From NCBI GenBank assembly GCA_000934665.2, contig KZ538329.1:1-64000 (forward strand): a DNA stretch of 64,000 bases, in the 5' to 3' direction. Of the stretch, positions 11,266 to 23,952 are shown piece by piece. Position 1 is the first letter of the stretch; the number at the start of each line of letters is the position of its first letter. The translations under genes and the position numbers were made by a program. The DNA comes from Catajapyx aquilonaris. Lineage: Eukaryota. The notes beneath the pieces were generated by a model. That model was not told where the DNA came from. It saw nothing but the letters and a program-made list of their open reading frames with translations, and did no database searches.

Positions 11266-13470
11266 TCACTTTTTGTCATTTTCAACTTGGCATTTCTGCA
11301 TATGGCGTTTTAGGTGAAAGCGCATCTTGTAAACCTTTTCACACCAATCACACTTTAACTGCGTTGCTTGCTGCGTTGAGTGCACAGATTTATGCTTTTT
11401 CAGACTTTTATGGGAACTGAAAGTCTTGGAGCAAATGTTGCATTCAAAACATTTTTTACGTGAATGCTTTTTCATATGATCGCGCAAATGACCAGTGGAT
11501 ATAAAACCCTCTGAACAAATGCTACATGTGAAAGGCCTCTCGCCAGTGTGACGTCGTACATGAATGTCGAACTCACTCTTCAGCAAGAACATGCGATGGC
11601 AAATGGGGCACTTATGTTCTTTGTGTACCCTTGTTTTGTAACCATGACACTTTTTCCTGTGAGCTAGTAAATTGGTTCTGTGGTCATATTTATTTGAGCA
11701 TTCTGGACAATTGTAATTATGCACTTCTCCTTTGTGAACACGCCTCCAATGATATTGCATATTATAATTATCAGAAAAGCTTTTAGGACATTCTTTGCAA
11801 ACATAACGCTTCTTATCTTTATCTTTGCCATGTGCTGTTTCCATGTGCAACTTCAGACAATACCTGAGTTTGAATCCCTTACCACACTGATCACAAATGA
11901 AATTAGTCTTATCTGAATGGAGCAGCAGCATGTGGCGCTCCAGGTTCCTTTTTGTCATCAATTTTTGTGAACACAAGCTGCACTTGAATCGTTTCTCACC
12001 AATGTGAGTACGCATATGTCTCACAAGTGTAGATTTGTTAGGAAAAATCTTGCTACAGTGGTCGCAAGTGTAGCCATTGCAATTAAAGTTATGGCTGCTC
12101 TGTTTGTGCATATTCAAACGATAGGGAGATTTGAACTTCTCTGAACACCTTTCACAGGCATAAGCCAGCTCATTGTCACGTTCATGATAAAAAGTAACGT
12201 GATTAATGTAATCTTTCTCATTAGGTAAAAATTTTGAACAATAAGGACAGCTGGTAGGTGTTTCTGTCTCACTTCCAGTCCCTGCAGGTAATGCATTAAG
12301 CGGTTCAATGATTTCTTCGCCCGAATGCACCCTCTGATGCTCCTTTAAACTGTGGCGATACTTGAATGATTTCTGGCAAACGTTGCAATTAAAAGGCTTA
12401 CTATCAGAGTGGACTGCCATGTGCAATGCAAGTCTGGAGGGTCTAGGGAATGTCTTGTTACATACTTCGCAAGTTAAAGCCTTCCGACCCTCCCTCCGAC
12501 CCTCATGCTGTTTTTCATGACTCTGCAAAGTGTCAAGATACTTGAATGATTTCTTGCATTTTTTGCAGGTGAATGGTTTGTCAATGTGCACTGCACTATG
12601 GACATGCAGCCTGTACTGAGTACGGAATTTTTTCCTACATACCTTGCAGGTTAATGACTTTGGACTACATGCATGCCGATCTAACCCTGCCTTTGTCTTA
12701 AATACTCTACCACAGCGTGTACAACAAGGTTTCTTCCTGATAGGCTGCTTCTTGCAACACTTACTGTTTAACCCCGATACCACCTGCTGCTTACTCTTCT
12801 TTTGCTGCTTATTGTTTGGCGATGTACTGTCCTGAAAAATGACATTTATGTTAATTCAATTATTACAAGTGATGATCTCCAACCTCCCAGGAGTAATTTG
12901 AGTTGATATGACTGGCACTACCTGTATATTACGTGGTTCTGTGCCAAGAGAACCTCATAAGCAGGGTAGTTTGTACAGTATTTAAATTTTTTACAATCCA
13001 TGAAATAATTGCACTTACTTCATGCACTTTGGTGGGTATGGTGACAGTGGCTTTGCCGTTGGTACCTTCTGATGGTGCATTCAAGCACCTCTCGCCGGAC
13101 GGTTCATCAATAGGCTCATATCGAATAATTGGTCTGTCCTGACTGACTTTCTCTGCACAATCAGCTGGGTCTTCTTCCTGTCATTAAAATCAGTAAATGA
13201 CATTGCTACCCCTAACTATTCCTGTAAAACATTCATGCAACAAACCTTCACATTAACTTCAGGGTGATTAACTTCCCCTTCCGGCACTTCTTCCTTCACT
13301 CTGACGCCTATGGTGACATTAAGTCCAGCACCCTGGTCTTCCTCCTCTTCCTCCTCTTCCTTGACCTTGTCCCATCTGCTGTGTGTGAAGCTGTGTGCAA
13401 GAAGCTCCAAGCGAGTCCCGAATTTCTGAAGGCAGCAAGGACACTTGTACAGGCCACCAGCTGGATTCAT
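11266..13470 (-). CDS. C2H2 zinc-finger protein, paralog B; exons 13246-13470, 13019-13177, 11266-12831 (~649 aa, N-terminal finger-like module plus 16-finger array)
   Basis: ATG at 13470; phase-0 GT-AG introns at 13178-13245 and 12832-13018; uninterrupted finger ORF; AATAAA (minus strand) at ~10989-10994, conserved in A and C. Confidence 0.9.
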
Positions 13471-15350
13471 CCCTCACAGATAACACAGATCTGTGGTCAC
13501 TTGGATGCAAGTACGCATTGCCTGGCAAAGCTGGACAAACGCCCTTCTACTCTCCGTGTCTTGCCTGCTGAAACTAAAGCCCTTAGCCCTGCTAAAGCGT
13601 TACTGAACGAAAGAAGAAGAAAGGAAGAAAAAAAACACACATTTCGAAAACACCCGCGGCTTCTCATTGGTTTAACGGGCGCTATAAACCATCTGAGGGC
13701 CCCTGGATACCAGAGTGACTCCGAGGGGACTTGGTAACTTTATACTTCCAACGGCTGTGCAGGAATCTGCTGACAACTGAACATGTCGGATTATGTTGCA
13801 TGAAGCCTTAATTAGTCTCAGGCAGAAGGAAGCCAAAAGCTAACAAAAGTTTCGGAGTTGAGATTCGGAATATGATATAATTATGAATGATTTGAAACAT
13901 ATTGATAATAATATTATAGCATAATACATATAGTATTGTACGGTACCGTGCATGGATAAGGACAACAGTATGGTTGAGCAGTTTTCTCTCTATGGGTGTG
14001 TGATTGGGGGCAGGGACGTCGGAACCATCCCCACTATTTTTTGGAGTGGGGGGGGGGGGGGGGGGGNGGGGGGGGGGGGCAATGGTTACCATTTGCCCCC
14101 GCTATTTGAAATGGTCACATACATACATTTAAATATTAACCCCCATTTTGTTTATCTTCTAAAACTATAAATTTGAAGAAGGAAAATCGACTCGTCAACC
14201 GGAATTTGTGAATGCACCATTAGTCGTCCATTAGTGATTAGCGACGGCCTAGGAGAGAGGGGGCGAGCCGGAAATGGTTTGAAACGGGACTCTTCGGCGG
14301 TAGCTTCAGTGCCGGCTACTACTTCTGTATATTAGGCAGGGATGCCGCAAAAATCTTGGATAGGAAGGAAGTCAGTAAGTGCTATAAAATCGTCACGAAT
14401 CCCGTTAAAAGGGGTCCCCAGCAGTTTTTCTGGAAAACTAAAGGAAATACTTGAAAGAGAGTCTCAGTTTGTGACTCGGGGGCGGCCCTTTGTATCGTCG
14501 GTGTTCTTCCGTATTCCGTTGGACATTTTGCATCTCATCTGACCGTCCCTAAACACCCCTTGGTCGTACTTACCCCCACCCCCTTCCCACTCCCTCCAGT
14601 CGTCTGTTGCCCCACGCCAGCCATGAATGAGCATATCGGTATGTGTTGGATTATCGCTAAATAATTATGATAATAATTACACCGTTTCACAGCCTTTCGA
14701 GGTCGGTTCCCTCCTTCTCTTGGCTTCCGTTGGATTCCCATTTTTGACGAGCACAATTTGTGAAAATAATTATTGTACTTATGAAAATATATTAATTTGC
14801 CTTAACGAGAGAATTAAAACGTAACTTTGGCACATAAAACAGGCACCTGCAGTATTTTGATTCCCAGCATATACTGCCATCAATTTTATGCAAAAACAAT
14901 AGGTTCATTATTTTAGCTGTAATGTTGTTTATGTCGGAGTTTTGTAAAACACTGGAGCAGTTTTCTGTATAATTTTAAAGTCAAAATACAAGCGACAGAC
15001 AAAAGAGAGGAGGTGGGCAACCTTTCTGTCATTGTTACTAATATTAGTAACACTTACTGTAACATTCACCTAAGCTTGTGTGACAAAAAAAAAAATTGCC
15101 TGCGGCGGGCTGCTTCTTTGCCCTCCACTCATCCCTGATGGGGGTGTGTGCGACGGGGAATAGACGAATTTATTGCAAATTTTGCAATAAATTGCAAGAA
15201 AATTTATACGAGTGCTGATAATAATTCGTGCTAATTAATGCACGGCTGTGCCCGGATATTCGAAAAACATGGATAATCCGAAAACGGTCCTGTAGACACC
15301 GCAAAAATGAGCTATCCAGAGGTTTTTAATGAACTTCCTGGAACTACTAT

Positions 15351-15384
15351 TAAGAGCTAATAACCAGCTAGTTATTAGCTCTTG
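15351..15384. mobile_element. 34-bp (17+17) palindromic transposon remnant or footprint with 7-bp TSD
   Basis: CTACTAT|TAAGAGCTAATAACCAG-CTAGTTATTAGCTCTTG|CTACTAT; same terminal sequence as 11094-11117. Confidence 0.75.
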
Positions 15385-15793
15385 CTACTATACGATGGAA
15401 CTGTCCCTTCAGGATTACGATTATTAATTCAATAGTTTTGTACAATCCTATACAAAACCCAACAGGCAACTTTACTGCAGTACATTATTGTTATGACTAC
15501 TGTATTTTAATGTTAATTGACGTGGCCTTACTAAAGATAAGTACAATTTGAGTCCTTTATTGGATACAGTCGTGTACATCATTTCTAAGGTCACACATAA
15601 CCTGATAAGTAAGTCTCATTGCCCAAACGTTCTACAAGTAGCCTACTTAGAATTTCATCATTACTTACATCTAAAGAAGCCTCATATAAGAGTAGTGTTC
15701 TTGTTAAGCAAATAACTTGGTTCAAAAAATAACATGAAGTAATTACTAATGACAACACATTACACATATGTCTGACCATTATGGTGGCAAACA

Positions 15794-18054
15794 TCACTCT
15801 TTTCCTTTCTTACCTTGACATTTTGGCAAATGGCGTTTTAAGTAACAGAACCTTTTGTAAACTTTTCCACACCAATCACACTTTAACTGCTGTTGTTCAT
15901 CTGACTCTGAGTGAACACATTTATGCGCTTTCAGACTTTTATGGGAACTGAAAGTCTTGGAGCAAATGTTGCATTCAAAACATTTTTTAGGTGAATGCTT
16001 TTTCATGTGGTTGCTCAAATGACGAGTTGATATAAAACCTTCTGAACAAATGCTACATGTGAAGGGCCTCTCGCCAGTGTGAAGTCGTACATGAATGTCA
16101 AACTTGCTCTTTGACAAGAACATGCGATGGCAAATGGGGCATTTATGTTCTTTGTGTCCCCTTGTCTTGTGACCATGACACCTTTTCCTGTGAGTAAGTA
16201 AAGTGCTTCTATGGCCATATTTATTTGAGCATTCTGGACAATTGTAATTCCGTACTTCTCCTTTGTGAACACGCCTCCAATGATCTTGCATGTTATAATT
16301 ATCAGAAAAGCTTTTAGGACATTCTTTGCAAACGTAACGCTGCTTCTCTTTATCTTTGCCATGTGCTGTTTCCATGTGCAACTTCAGATATTCCTTCAGT
16401 TTGAATCCCTTACCACACTGATCACATATGAAATTAGTCTTATCTGAATGGAGCAGCAGCATGTGGCGCTCCAGGTTCCTTTTTGTCCTCAACCTTTTCA
16501 AACACAAGCTACACTTGAATCGTCTCTCACCAGTGTGAGTACTTATATGTCTCACAAGCGAAGATTTGTTAGCAAAAATCTTGCCGCAGTGGTCACAAGT
16601 ATGGCCATCGCAATTAACGTTATGGCTGCTCTTCATGTGCTTATTCAAACGATGAAGTGATTTGAACTTCTCTGAACACATTTCACAGGCATAAGCCAGC
16701 TCATTGTCACGTTCGTGATAAAACGTAATGTGATTAATGTAATCCTTCTCATTATGCAGAATTTTTGAACAATAATGACAGCTGGTAGGTGTGTCTGTCT
16801 CACTTCCAGTCCCTGCAGGTAATGCATTAATTATTGGTTCAATTATTATTCTTTGACCTGAATGCACAGTCTTCTGATGCTCCGTTAAACTGTTGCGATA
16901 CTTGAATGATTTCTGGCACAAGTAGCAATTAAAAGGTTTACTATCAGAGTGGACTGCCCTATGTAATGCAAGTAGGTAGGGCGTAGTGAATGTCTTGTTA
17001 CACACATCGCAGGTTAAAGCCTTCCGACCCTTCCTCCGACCCTCATGCACCTTTTCATGACTCTGCAAAGTGTCAAGATACTTGAATGATTTCTTACATG
17101 TTTTGCAAGTAAATGGTTTGTCTCTGTGCACTGCGCTATGCACATGGAGCCTATAGTGAGAAGGGAATTTTTTCCTACATACCTTGCAGGTTAATGACTT
17201 TCTACGACACGCATTTGCATCAGCATGTCGACCTAACCCTTCCTTTGACTTAAATACTCTACCACACCGTGTACAACAACAAGGTTTCTTCCTAGTCTTC
17301 TTCTTGCAACTGTTTAAACCCGATACCAACTGCCGCTTACTCCTCCTGAGCTGTGTATTGTCTGGTGATGTATTGCCCTGAAAAATTACAATTAAATTAC
17401 AAGGGTTGATTCCAGGGAGTTTCTTTCATGGTTTGCTTTGTTGTAAGTTGCATGACAGTTTTACAAATAGGCCTACAATTTTAAAAATCTACACTTCTGC
17501 TACATAATTCACAACATGATCCAGCACAATTGGAAGGGCTCAGTTTGTATGAACTTTAATAGAACTACTGTACATGATTAAACTGTCCTCCTTATCATCC
17601 GTGCAGCACTTGTAGTCTACTTACTTCATTCACTTCGGTGACAATGGCTCTCACATTGGTACTTTGTGATGGTACATCCAGGCATCTCTCGTTAGGAGGT
17701 CCACCAATAGGCTCGTGTTGAATTGGTATGTCCTGACTGACCTCTTCTGAACAGTCAACTGGGTCTCCTTCCTGGAGTTAAAATTCATAGATTTTAAAAA
17801 AATTATAGCCCTTCTTGTAAAATGTTGATGCTGCCAACCTTCTCATTAAATTCAGCATCCCCTTCCGGCACTTCTTCCTTCACTGTCACTCTGACGCTTA
17901 CAGTGACATTAAGTCCGCCAGTGCCCTCCTCTTCCTCTTCTTCCTTGACCTTGTCCCATCTACTGTGTGTGAAGCTGTGTGCAAGAAGCTCCAAACGAGT
18001 CCCAAATTTCTGATGGCAGCAAGGACACTTGTGTAGACCACGAGATGTATCCAT
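15794..18054 (-). CDS. C2H2 zinc-finger protein, paralog C; exons 17839-18054, 17625-17771, 15794-17377 (~648 aa, 16-finger array)
   Basis: ATG at 18054; phase-0 GT-AG introns at the same positions as in paralog B; intact finger ORF. Confidence 0.9.
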
Positions 18055-18354
18055 CGCTACAGTGGGTTAGGAAAAGCAGACACTATTAATTTTTCAATCT
18101 TTCTCATACTACAGTACTGCGTTGAATGCAATATGTTTCTCGATAGTGTAAATGAAGAATCCTTGAGAAAAGTGGCACTTAACACACCTAAATTTTGAAC
18201 AGTGTGATCGTAGATAAGCTGGTCTGTTGTGCAACACTTGAATAATGCACATTTCCTGGCAAACCTGGACAAAAGCACTTCTACTCCCACAATCAGTGTC
18301 TTTCCTGCTGAGACTAGCAACATTTGGTCGGGGAGAAGGAAAAAAAAAACCCCC

Positions 18355-18415
18355 ACTTGAAAACACCCTCTTCTCATTGGTTAACTGGCTGCAAAATCAT
18401 AACATTTGAGGGGTG
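18355..18415 (-). promoter_or_regulatory. Putative proximal promoter of paralog C with CCAAT box (homologous block upstream of B at ~13645-13700)
   Basis: GAAAACACCC..CTTCTCATTGGTT is conserved upstream of both B and C and reads CCAATGAG on the gene strand. Confidence 0.4.
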
Positions 18416-18777
18416 GATGGGGTGGATGTAAGTGTCTGGACCAGACGCCTTGTACGTAGACTGGACTTTGCCCATCAACAATAAAGCCCACAAAGGCTGC
18501 AGGAACTTGCTGACTGGACACGTCCTCTTCCGATCCTTGGCTCCATGTACTAGTAGCCCTACATATTTGCATTTTGCAACTCCCTTGGGCAGACAGGAAA
18601 AATGACGACTGACTGACGGTAACCTTGGGTATATGCGAATGAAGAAATGGCAATATTGCATATTTGCATTTAAGTTAATTCACAGAACAATAGATATTTT
18701 GAATATTTGTCCATGACTTGCTTAGTGTCCAGCCCATGGTTGTAGAAGACTCAGGTTAGGTCACTCCCCACCCACCC

Positions 18778-19069
18778 CCTGCCGAGGGGTTTTGCAGTGG
18801 GTGCTCACCTGAGACCGCCACGAGACATTTCCCAGAGCATTTATGTGGCGACCCTACCGGACTAAGGCTGAACTTTACAGGTACGAAAGGGAAGCGCTAC
18901 ATGCTGGCCCAACATGGCCGCCGGCGGCCATGTTGGGCCCCCCAATGTAGTCCTCCCCTTTAGTACCTATAAAGTTCAGCATTAGTCCGGTAGGGTCGCC
19001 ACATAAATGCTCTGGGAAATGTCTCGTGGCGGTCTCAGGTGAGCACCCGCTGCAAAACCCCTCGGCAGG
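18778..19069. mobile_element. ~290-bp foldback with essentially no spacer (MITE-like)
   Basis: Outer arms CCTGCCGAGGGGTTTTGCAG...CTGCAAAACCCCTCGGCAGG are nearly perfect; centre CCAACATGGCCGCCGGCGGCCATGTTGG. Confidence 0.8.
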
Positions 19070-19433
19070 TGATAAGCCCAGAAGATAGGGGTAGTGTACG
19101 TGGGCTGGTCCAGCCCATCTTTAATGTAATGGTCAGGATGACTTTGCTGAAAATGTTTGCTAACTACGCGTACCGTATTATCCTGAACTTTAAAAATCAA
19201 TATATCAAGCGTTCATATGTGGTTCCCATGCTAAATCTTCATATACTAGCTTTGACAGCACAAACTATACTGAAGATTTTCTCATAAAGCATATTAATTA
19301 AATTGATTTATTTAGGCGTATTTAACAGTTCATTGTGTACAAATTTTGAACTGTATTCAAACTCTTACTTGCAAAACTTCACAAGAAGTATTCACACTCA
19401 AACTAAAATAATTATGCATCATATACACGTATG

Positions 19434-19863
19434 CAGAGTGTCCGTGAACCGACCAGTCAGACCTTTACCCGTGGCTTAAATGACACGAGAGGATCATGTT
19501 ATGTAGAGGAGTCATTATGCCTGGGCAGCCTCATTACCGAGATAATGGATCATTTGCCATTTAGCGATTGGGCCTAAGAGTGATTGTAAAATATCAGTGA
19601 CAAGTGCGTGCATGTGCGTGTCAGTGTGTGCTGGTGTGTCCCATGCGACATGCTAGTAGCCAAATGGAAAAGCTGCTATTATTTTACCGGTGATGCGATT
19701 TCGGGGCTGAAGGTTTCCATACCACCCAAGATACTTTGTACCAATTTGTACTTGTCGTTTGAAGGCAATAATCTCAGACGTAATGACTCCTCTGCATAAC
19801 ATGATCCTCTGGTGTCAATTGAGCCACGGGTACAGGTCTGACTGGTCGGTTCACGGCACCCTG
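19434..19863. mobile_element. Tc1/mariner-type MITE with ~90-bp TIRs
   Basis: CAGAGTGTCCGTGAACCGACCAGTCAGACC...GGTCTGACTGGTCGGTTCACGGCACCCTG|TA. Confidence 0.75.
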
Positions 19864-22182
19864 TATTAGGCCTACTGTATTATAGTTATTAGGATCAATG
19901 CATCCTTCGAGTTTAGACACTTGCAAACACATCCATTTTTATCATTTTTTGCGTCTGTTTCAAATATGTTATCCCATATTTTCTAGAACCCACAGTTTTT
20001 AAGTAATCGGCATTTTTTAAAGTGTCAAAGAACTTCCCCTGATATACTGTATAGGCCTGAATCCACACCCAATATATTGCCGTATCCTGACATAAAATTC
20101 ACATGTTGATTTTCTGCTGTACCTGGCTTGAGAACATCCCTCTAACGACTAACTGAACATAATTATACACGAAGAAGTAGAGGAATTGAGGGAACAATAG
20201 TTGACACATACGCTGCATAGGTATACACAGTACATTATATGAAATCTGAGTGAAATATTCAAAACATAGCTTGGTTATGAGTCGTACACTGAAATTCCTC
20301 ATAATTTGACACTGGACACTGGATAATAAGACTTAATTAATGGATGGCTCATGTTTCCCCTGTTGTGACAGCAGCAAATGAACCAGAATTACTCAGAATT
20401 ACAAGTATATTACAGCCTGTAATATACTTGTAATTCATATTAAAGATTTTAAAGTAGCCTACGACATTTTAAAATATGCATAGGGTCATATTATTGAGCC
20501 ATATATGTTACTTTTCTAGAAGAGCTAGGTTTGTTTCAAGAAGATTGTTGGCGATAGAAAATTTCTGACTTCATATGCAACACCAGCGCCTCTGAATGCG
20601 TAAGAAATATCGCACCTAATATTGTTAACTTGAAAAAATATCATCGTTGACCAGTGTAAAATAATGTATCCATTCAGCTCTTGATCCATTATAATAATAA
20701 TTACAGACCTTGCGTAAGTGCCTGCACAAGAGGTGTGTGACCCTGTGTGCACTCTGCACTGTGAACTTGCGCAGCAGGACGGGGCCTACGGGATTCTTCA
20801 GGCTTGGTACCGGATGGTGAGCCCTCAAGGTGTACACAGGGTTGTCAATATTCCATAGAGCACGTCAGCACGACCCCGAAAAATGCAGGAAATTGCCATC
20901 CAGTTGGCCTCCAAATACCCTTGTCCCCAGTGACTTCGTATTTCTTGCCCTGTACACTGTACAGTGACCCTCGGCCTCGACCCCTGCCTCGACTGGAAGT
21001 CGGGATTCCTAATTGAAGGCACCTGCTGATGTCCCCCCTTTCGTCCCAAAATTTTCGCCCCTTCAACCTCCTGTAGTATATCCGGCACTGATTTAACCCT
21101 CCAGTCTCGGTGAAACCCTTTCGCCTCCATCTCCATCTTTCATCCAGCACTCAAGCAAATATGTAAATCTTCATTATATTGTGCGAATGTGTACTGTGCG
21201 AGATAATTTGCAATCCTTACGAAATATTTCTAATAGCCAGAGTATACAAGTGTACGGATCAGCGAGAGGCCCCTATATATGGCCCTATCAGCGCGGGGCC
21301 CGTAGCACGTGCTACATGTGCTACTATGTAAAACCGCCCCTGGGCACCTCGAGAAGGAAACAAAAGTTTCAGGCTGGATTTTCTGAATACCATTCGCATG
21401 CACACTGTTGAAAATTATACCCACATAACTATTAGTACCGGTAATGTACGGTTTAGTACAGTATAATAACATCGTCTATTACAGTATTATAGAAATTAAT
21501 GTTTGTGTGTTTGTTTGTCCATTTCATGCCCATGGAAGAAATTCAAAGTTTGTTTGTTTGTTTGTCCCAGCTCCCAGGCTTGGTTACCATTGCGACGGGG
21601 TAAGCATGGTTGCTATGTCAAAGGGAATTTTCAGCCTATTCAGTTTTCTTACAGACATTACAGCTCATTACAGCTCTGTTTATGCAAATAAATAAACATA
21701 TCAATTAAGGGATTTGCGAGAATGTAATTATCAAAAATTCCTCCAACAGATGGCGGTAAGTACGCTGGTTTTTTCGCCATCTGTCCAGCATGAGTCGAAC
21801 TACTCCGGAGTTGAAAAGCGGCAGAATTCAAACGCACTTCGGCATCATCGATGTGATATAGTGTGACACGTGAAATATAAACCTAGAGTAGGCTACTGTT
21901 TATCAATACGTGTGTGGGTGTGTATGTGTGCTGGCGGGACATACCTGGCGCCAAACTGTCCGAAAGTTGATGCCGTCGCTGAAAATTGGGGGGTTGACAG
22001 GTATCGGAGAAGCGGTTTCCGGGAAAAAGGGGGGGGGGGGTTGGCGGGGGATGGGGGAATGTGCAAAGATCCAATGATGCCGTTTTGGGTGGGTGGGATA
22101 GAAAGCGAAGGACGCCTTCAAAGTGCCGCCTGTGTGATCCTGCAGGAATGTGTTTGGGGAAGGAGGAGGGATGGAGGGATGG

Positions 22183-22206
22183 GGAGAGAGAGAGAGAGAG
22201 AGAGTG

Positions 22207-22233
<27 letters not shown>
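22183..22233. repeat. (GA)n directly followed by (CT)n microsatellite
   Basis: Directly visible; the two tracts are mutually complementary. Confidence 0.9.
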
Positions 22234-22237
<4 letters not shown>

Positions 22238-22502
22238 TGGTGGTCGATGGGGAGGACCATATTGGCAGATGCCTGGAATTGCACGCCAAAGCATTTATTC
22301 CCAACCATCCCCATCCTAACCCACCTTTTCCGCCAAATTTCATCCAGCTCCACGCACCCATCACCCGAACACTTTGCCAAAATAACAAGCAGGAGTCTCC
22401 CCCCTCCTCATCATCATCATGTATAGAATTGGCTTCTGTGCCTCTGTTTGTCCAGATATGTATAGTACCACTACCCCTTGCACGACCCTGCCAGTGGAGC
22501 TG

Positions 22503-23080
22503 TATATGAATTTTTTTAACGAGCGCAACCGAGTGCGCACCCTCACACGCGCAGCTACCTTGTTCTCTGACAAGAGCGAATTTATAAAACTAAATAAAAT
22601 TGGTAAAAATTACAATTAAATCCGAAATTAAAATTAACAGTTCATTTAAATGAAATTAATTTGTAGTTAACATTTTAACGAAAAAATTATGAAAATAATT
22701 TCAGAAATTTAAAATATTTCAGTTATCATAATTGAAAATTGAAAATTGCGAAAATTAATAAAAATTAAATTAAAGATGTAAAAAATAAAATTTCAATTTC
22801 AATATAAAAATTGTACATTTTGTATATAAAAAAAAACACACACACACACACAAAAATGTACAATTCACACCCTCGCATCTGAGGTTCATTCCAGAGCCGC
22901 GGCAATGTCGTGAACGTCGGCCATATTGTTTCTTCCCCCAAGAGTAGCGTTGGAAATAAGTGCAGCACTTATTTACCAAAATATACCCACGCCATTAATA
23001 TACATAGAGCTATCATTGATAATGCCAACCCTGCAAGCTGCGCATACTGTGGTGCGCACTCGGTATCGCTCGTTTTCATA
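22503..23080. mobile_element. Copy of a local MITE family with TIR TATGAATTTTTTAACGAGC.AACCGAGTGCGCACC...CGCGCAGCT
   Basis: Inverted ends at ~22503-22558 and ~23035-23080. Internal AGCGTTGGAAATAAGTG is shared with copies at ~30543-30804, ~31590-32136 and (inverted, degenerate) ~32173-32455. Confidence 0.7.
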
Positions 23081-23952
23081 GTGTGCAGAGAGGGAGGATG
23101 CGCCATCTGCATGAGGGATATGGTACTAGTGTACCATGTGGGTTGTATGGTTATAATGCCAGTATTATTATCACCACGATTTTACCACAAGGTGACAAAA
23201 ACCGCGTAATCGACCGATTCTTTTTTTAACAATCCCCAGCAACAATTAACCCGGCTTCCTTGTTGTTAAAAATTGGCGTCTGGAGATCGATATGATCTCT
23301 CCAGTGGCACATTTTCAGGCTTATTTGGCTACATCCCAAAAAAAAGAAGGTTGGAGTAAAAAAAAAAAAAAACATGAATAATCCCATGGGGAATTGAGGG
23401 AGGGGGAGGTGGCAGACTTCTCTCCTCCTCCTCCTCCTCCACATCCATTCCTCCTCCTCCTCCCCCATGGATCCTCGAATCCTGCGACTGACGAATATGG
23501 GAGGCCAGCTCATCTGGTTTCCATGGCTACTGCACAAGCTGTCAAAATGAGTAGGGGACAAAACCTCTGGATCACTTTTTTCTCTTTTTTTTACTACTGG
23601 ATGTCTCCCTCCTTCTCCTCTCCCCACTCCAAGTTTCCAGGGGGGGAAAGTGGGGAAGAGTTAAAAATAAAAACCCAAAAATTAATGTCAATGTGTGCTT
23701 CATTTTTTTTCTTTTCATTCTTCACATATTTCCATTATAAAAAAATCTCATTATTGTCTTTTGTGCCATATCTGGCAAGGTCTTGTACTTTTTTATATAT
23801 ATTTATCTGTGTATCTGCAGCTTGCCGGACATTAATGGTGTGGTACTGGTGGCGCCAGGAGCCATTGGCGGGAAAAGGGCGAATCGAAAAGATCTTGAGA
23901 AACGTCCAAACGATTAGATTGATATAATTTGCAAATTATTATTTAATTTAAT

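Noticed and set aside
20396..20436. Third P-like footprint (CAAGTATATTACAG/CCTGTAATATACTTG)
   Set aside because: Palindromic and of similar size, but no direct target-site duplication could be identified.
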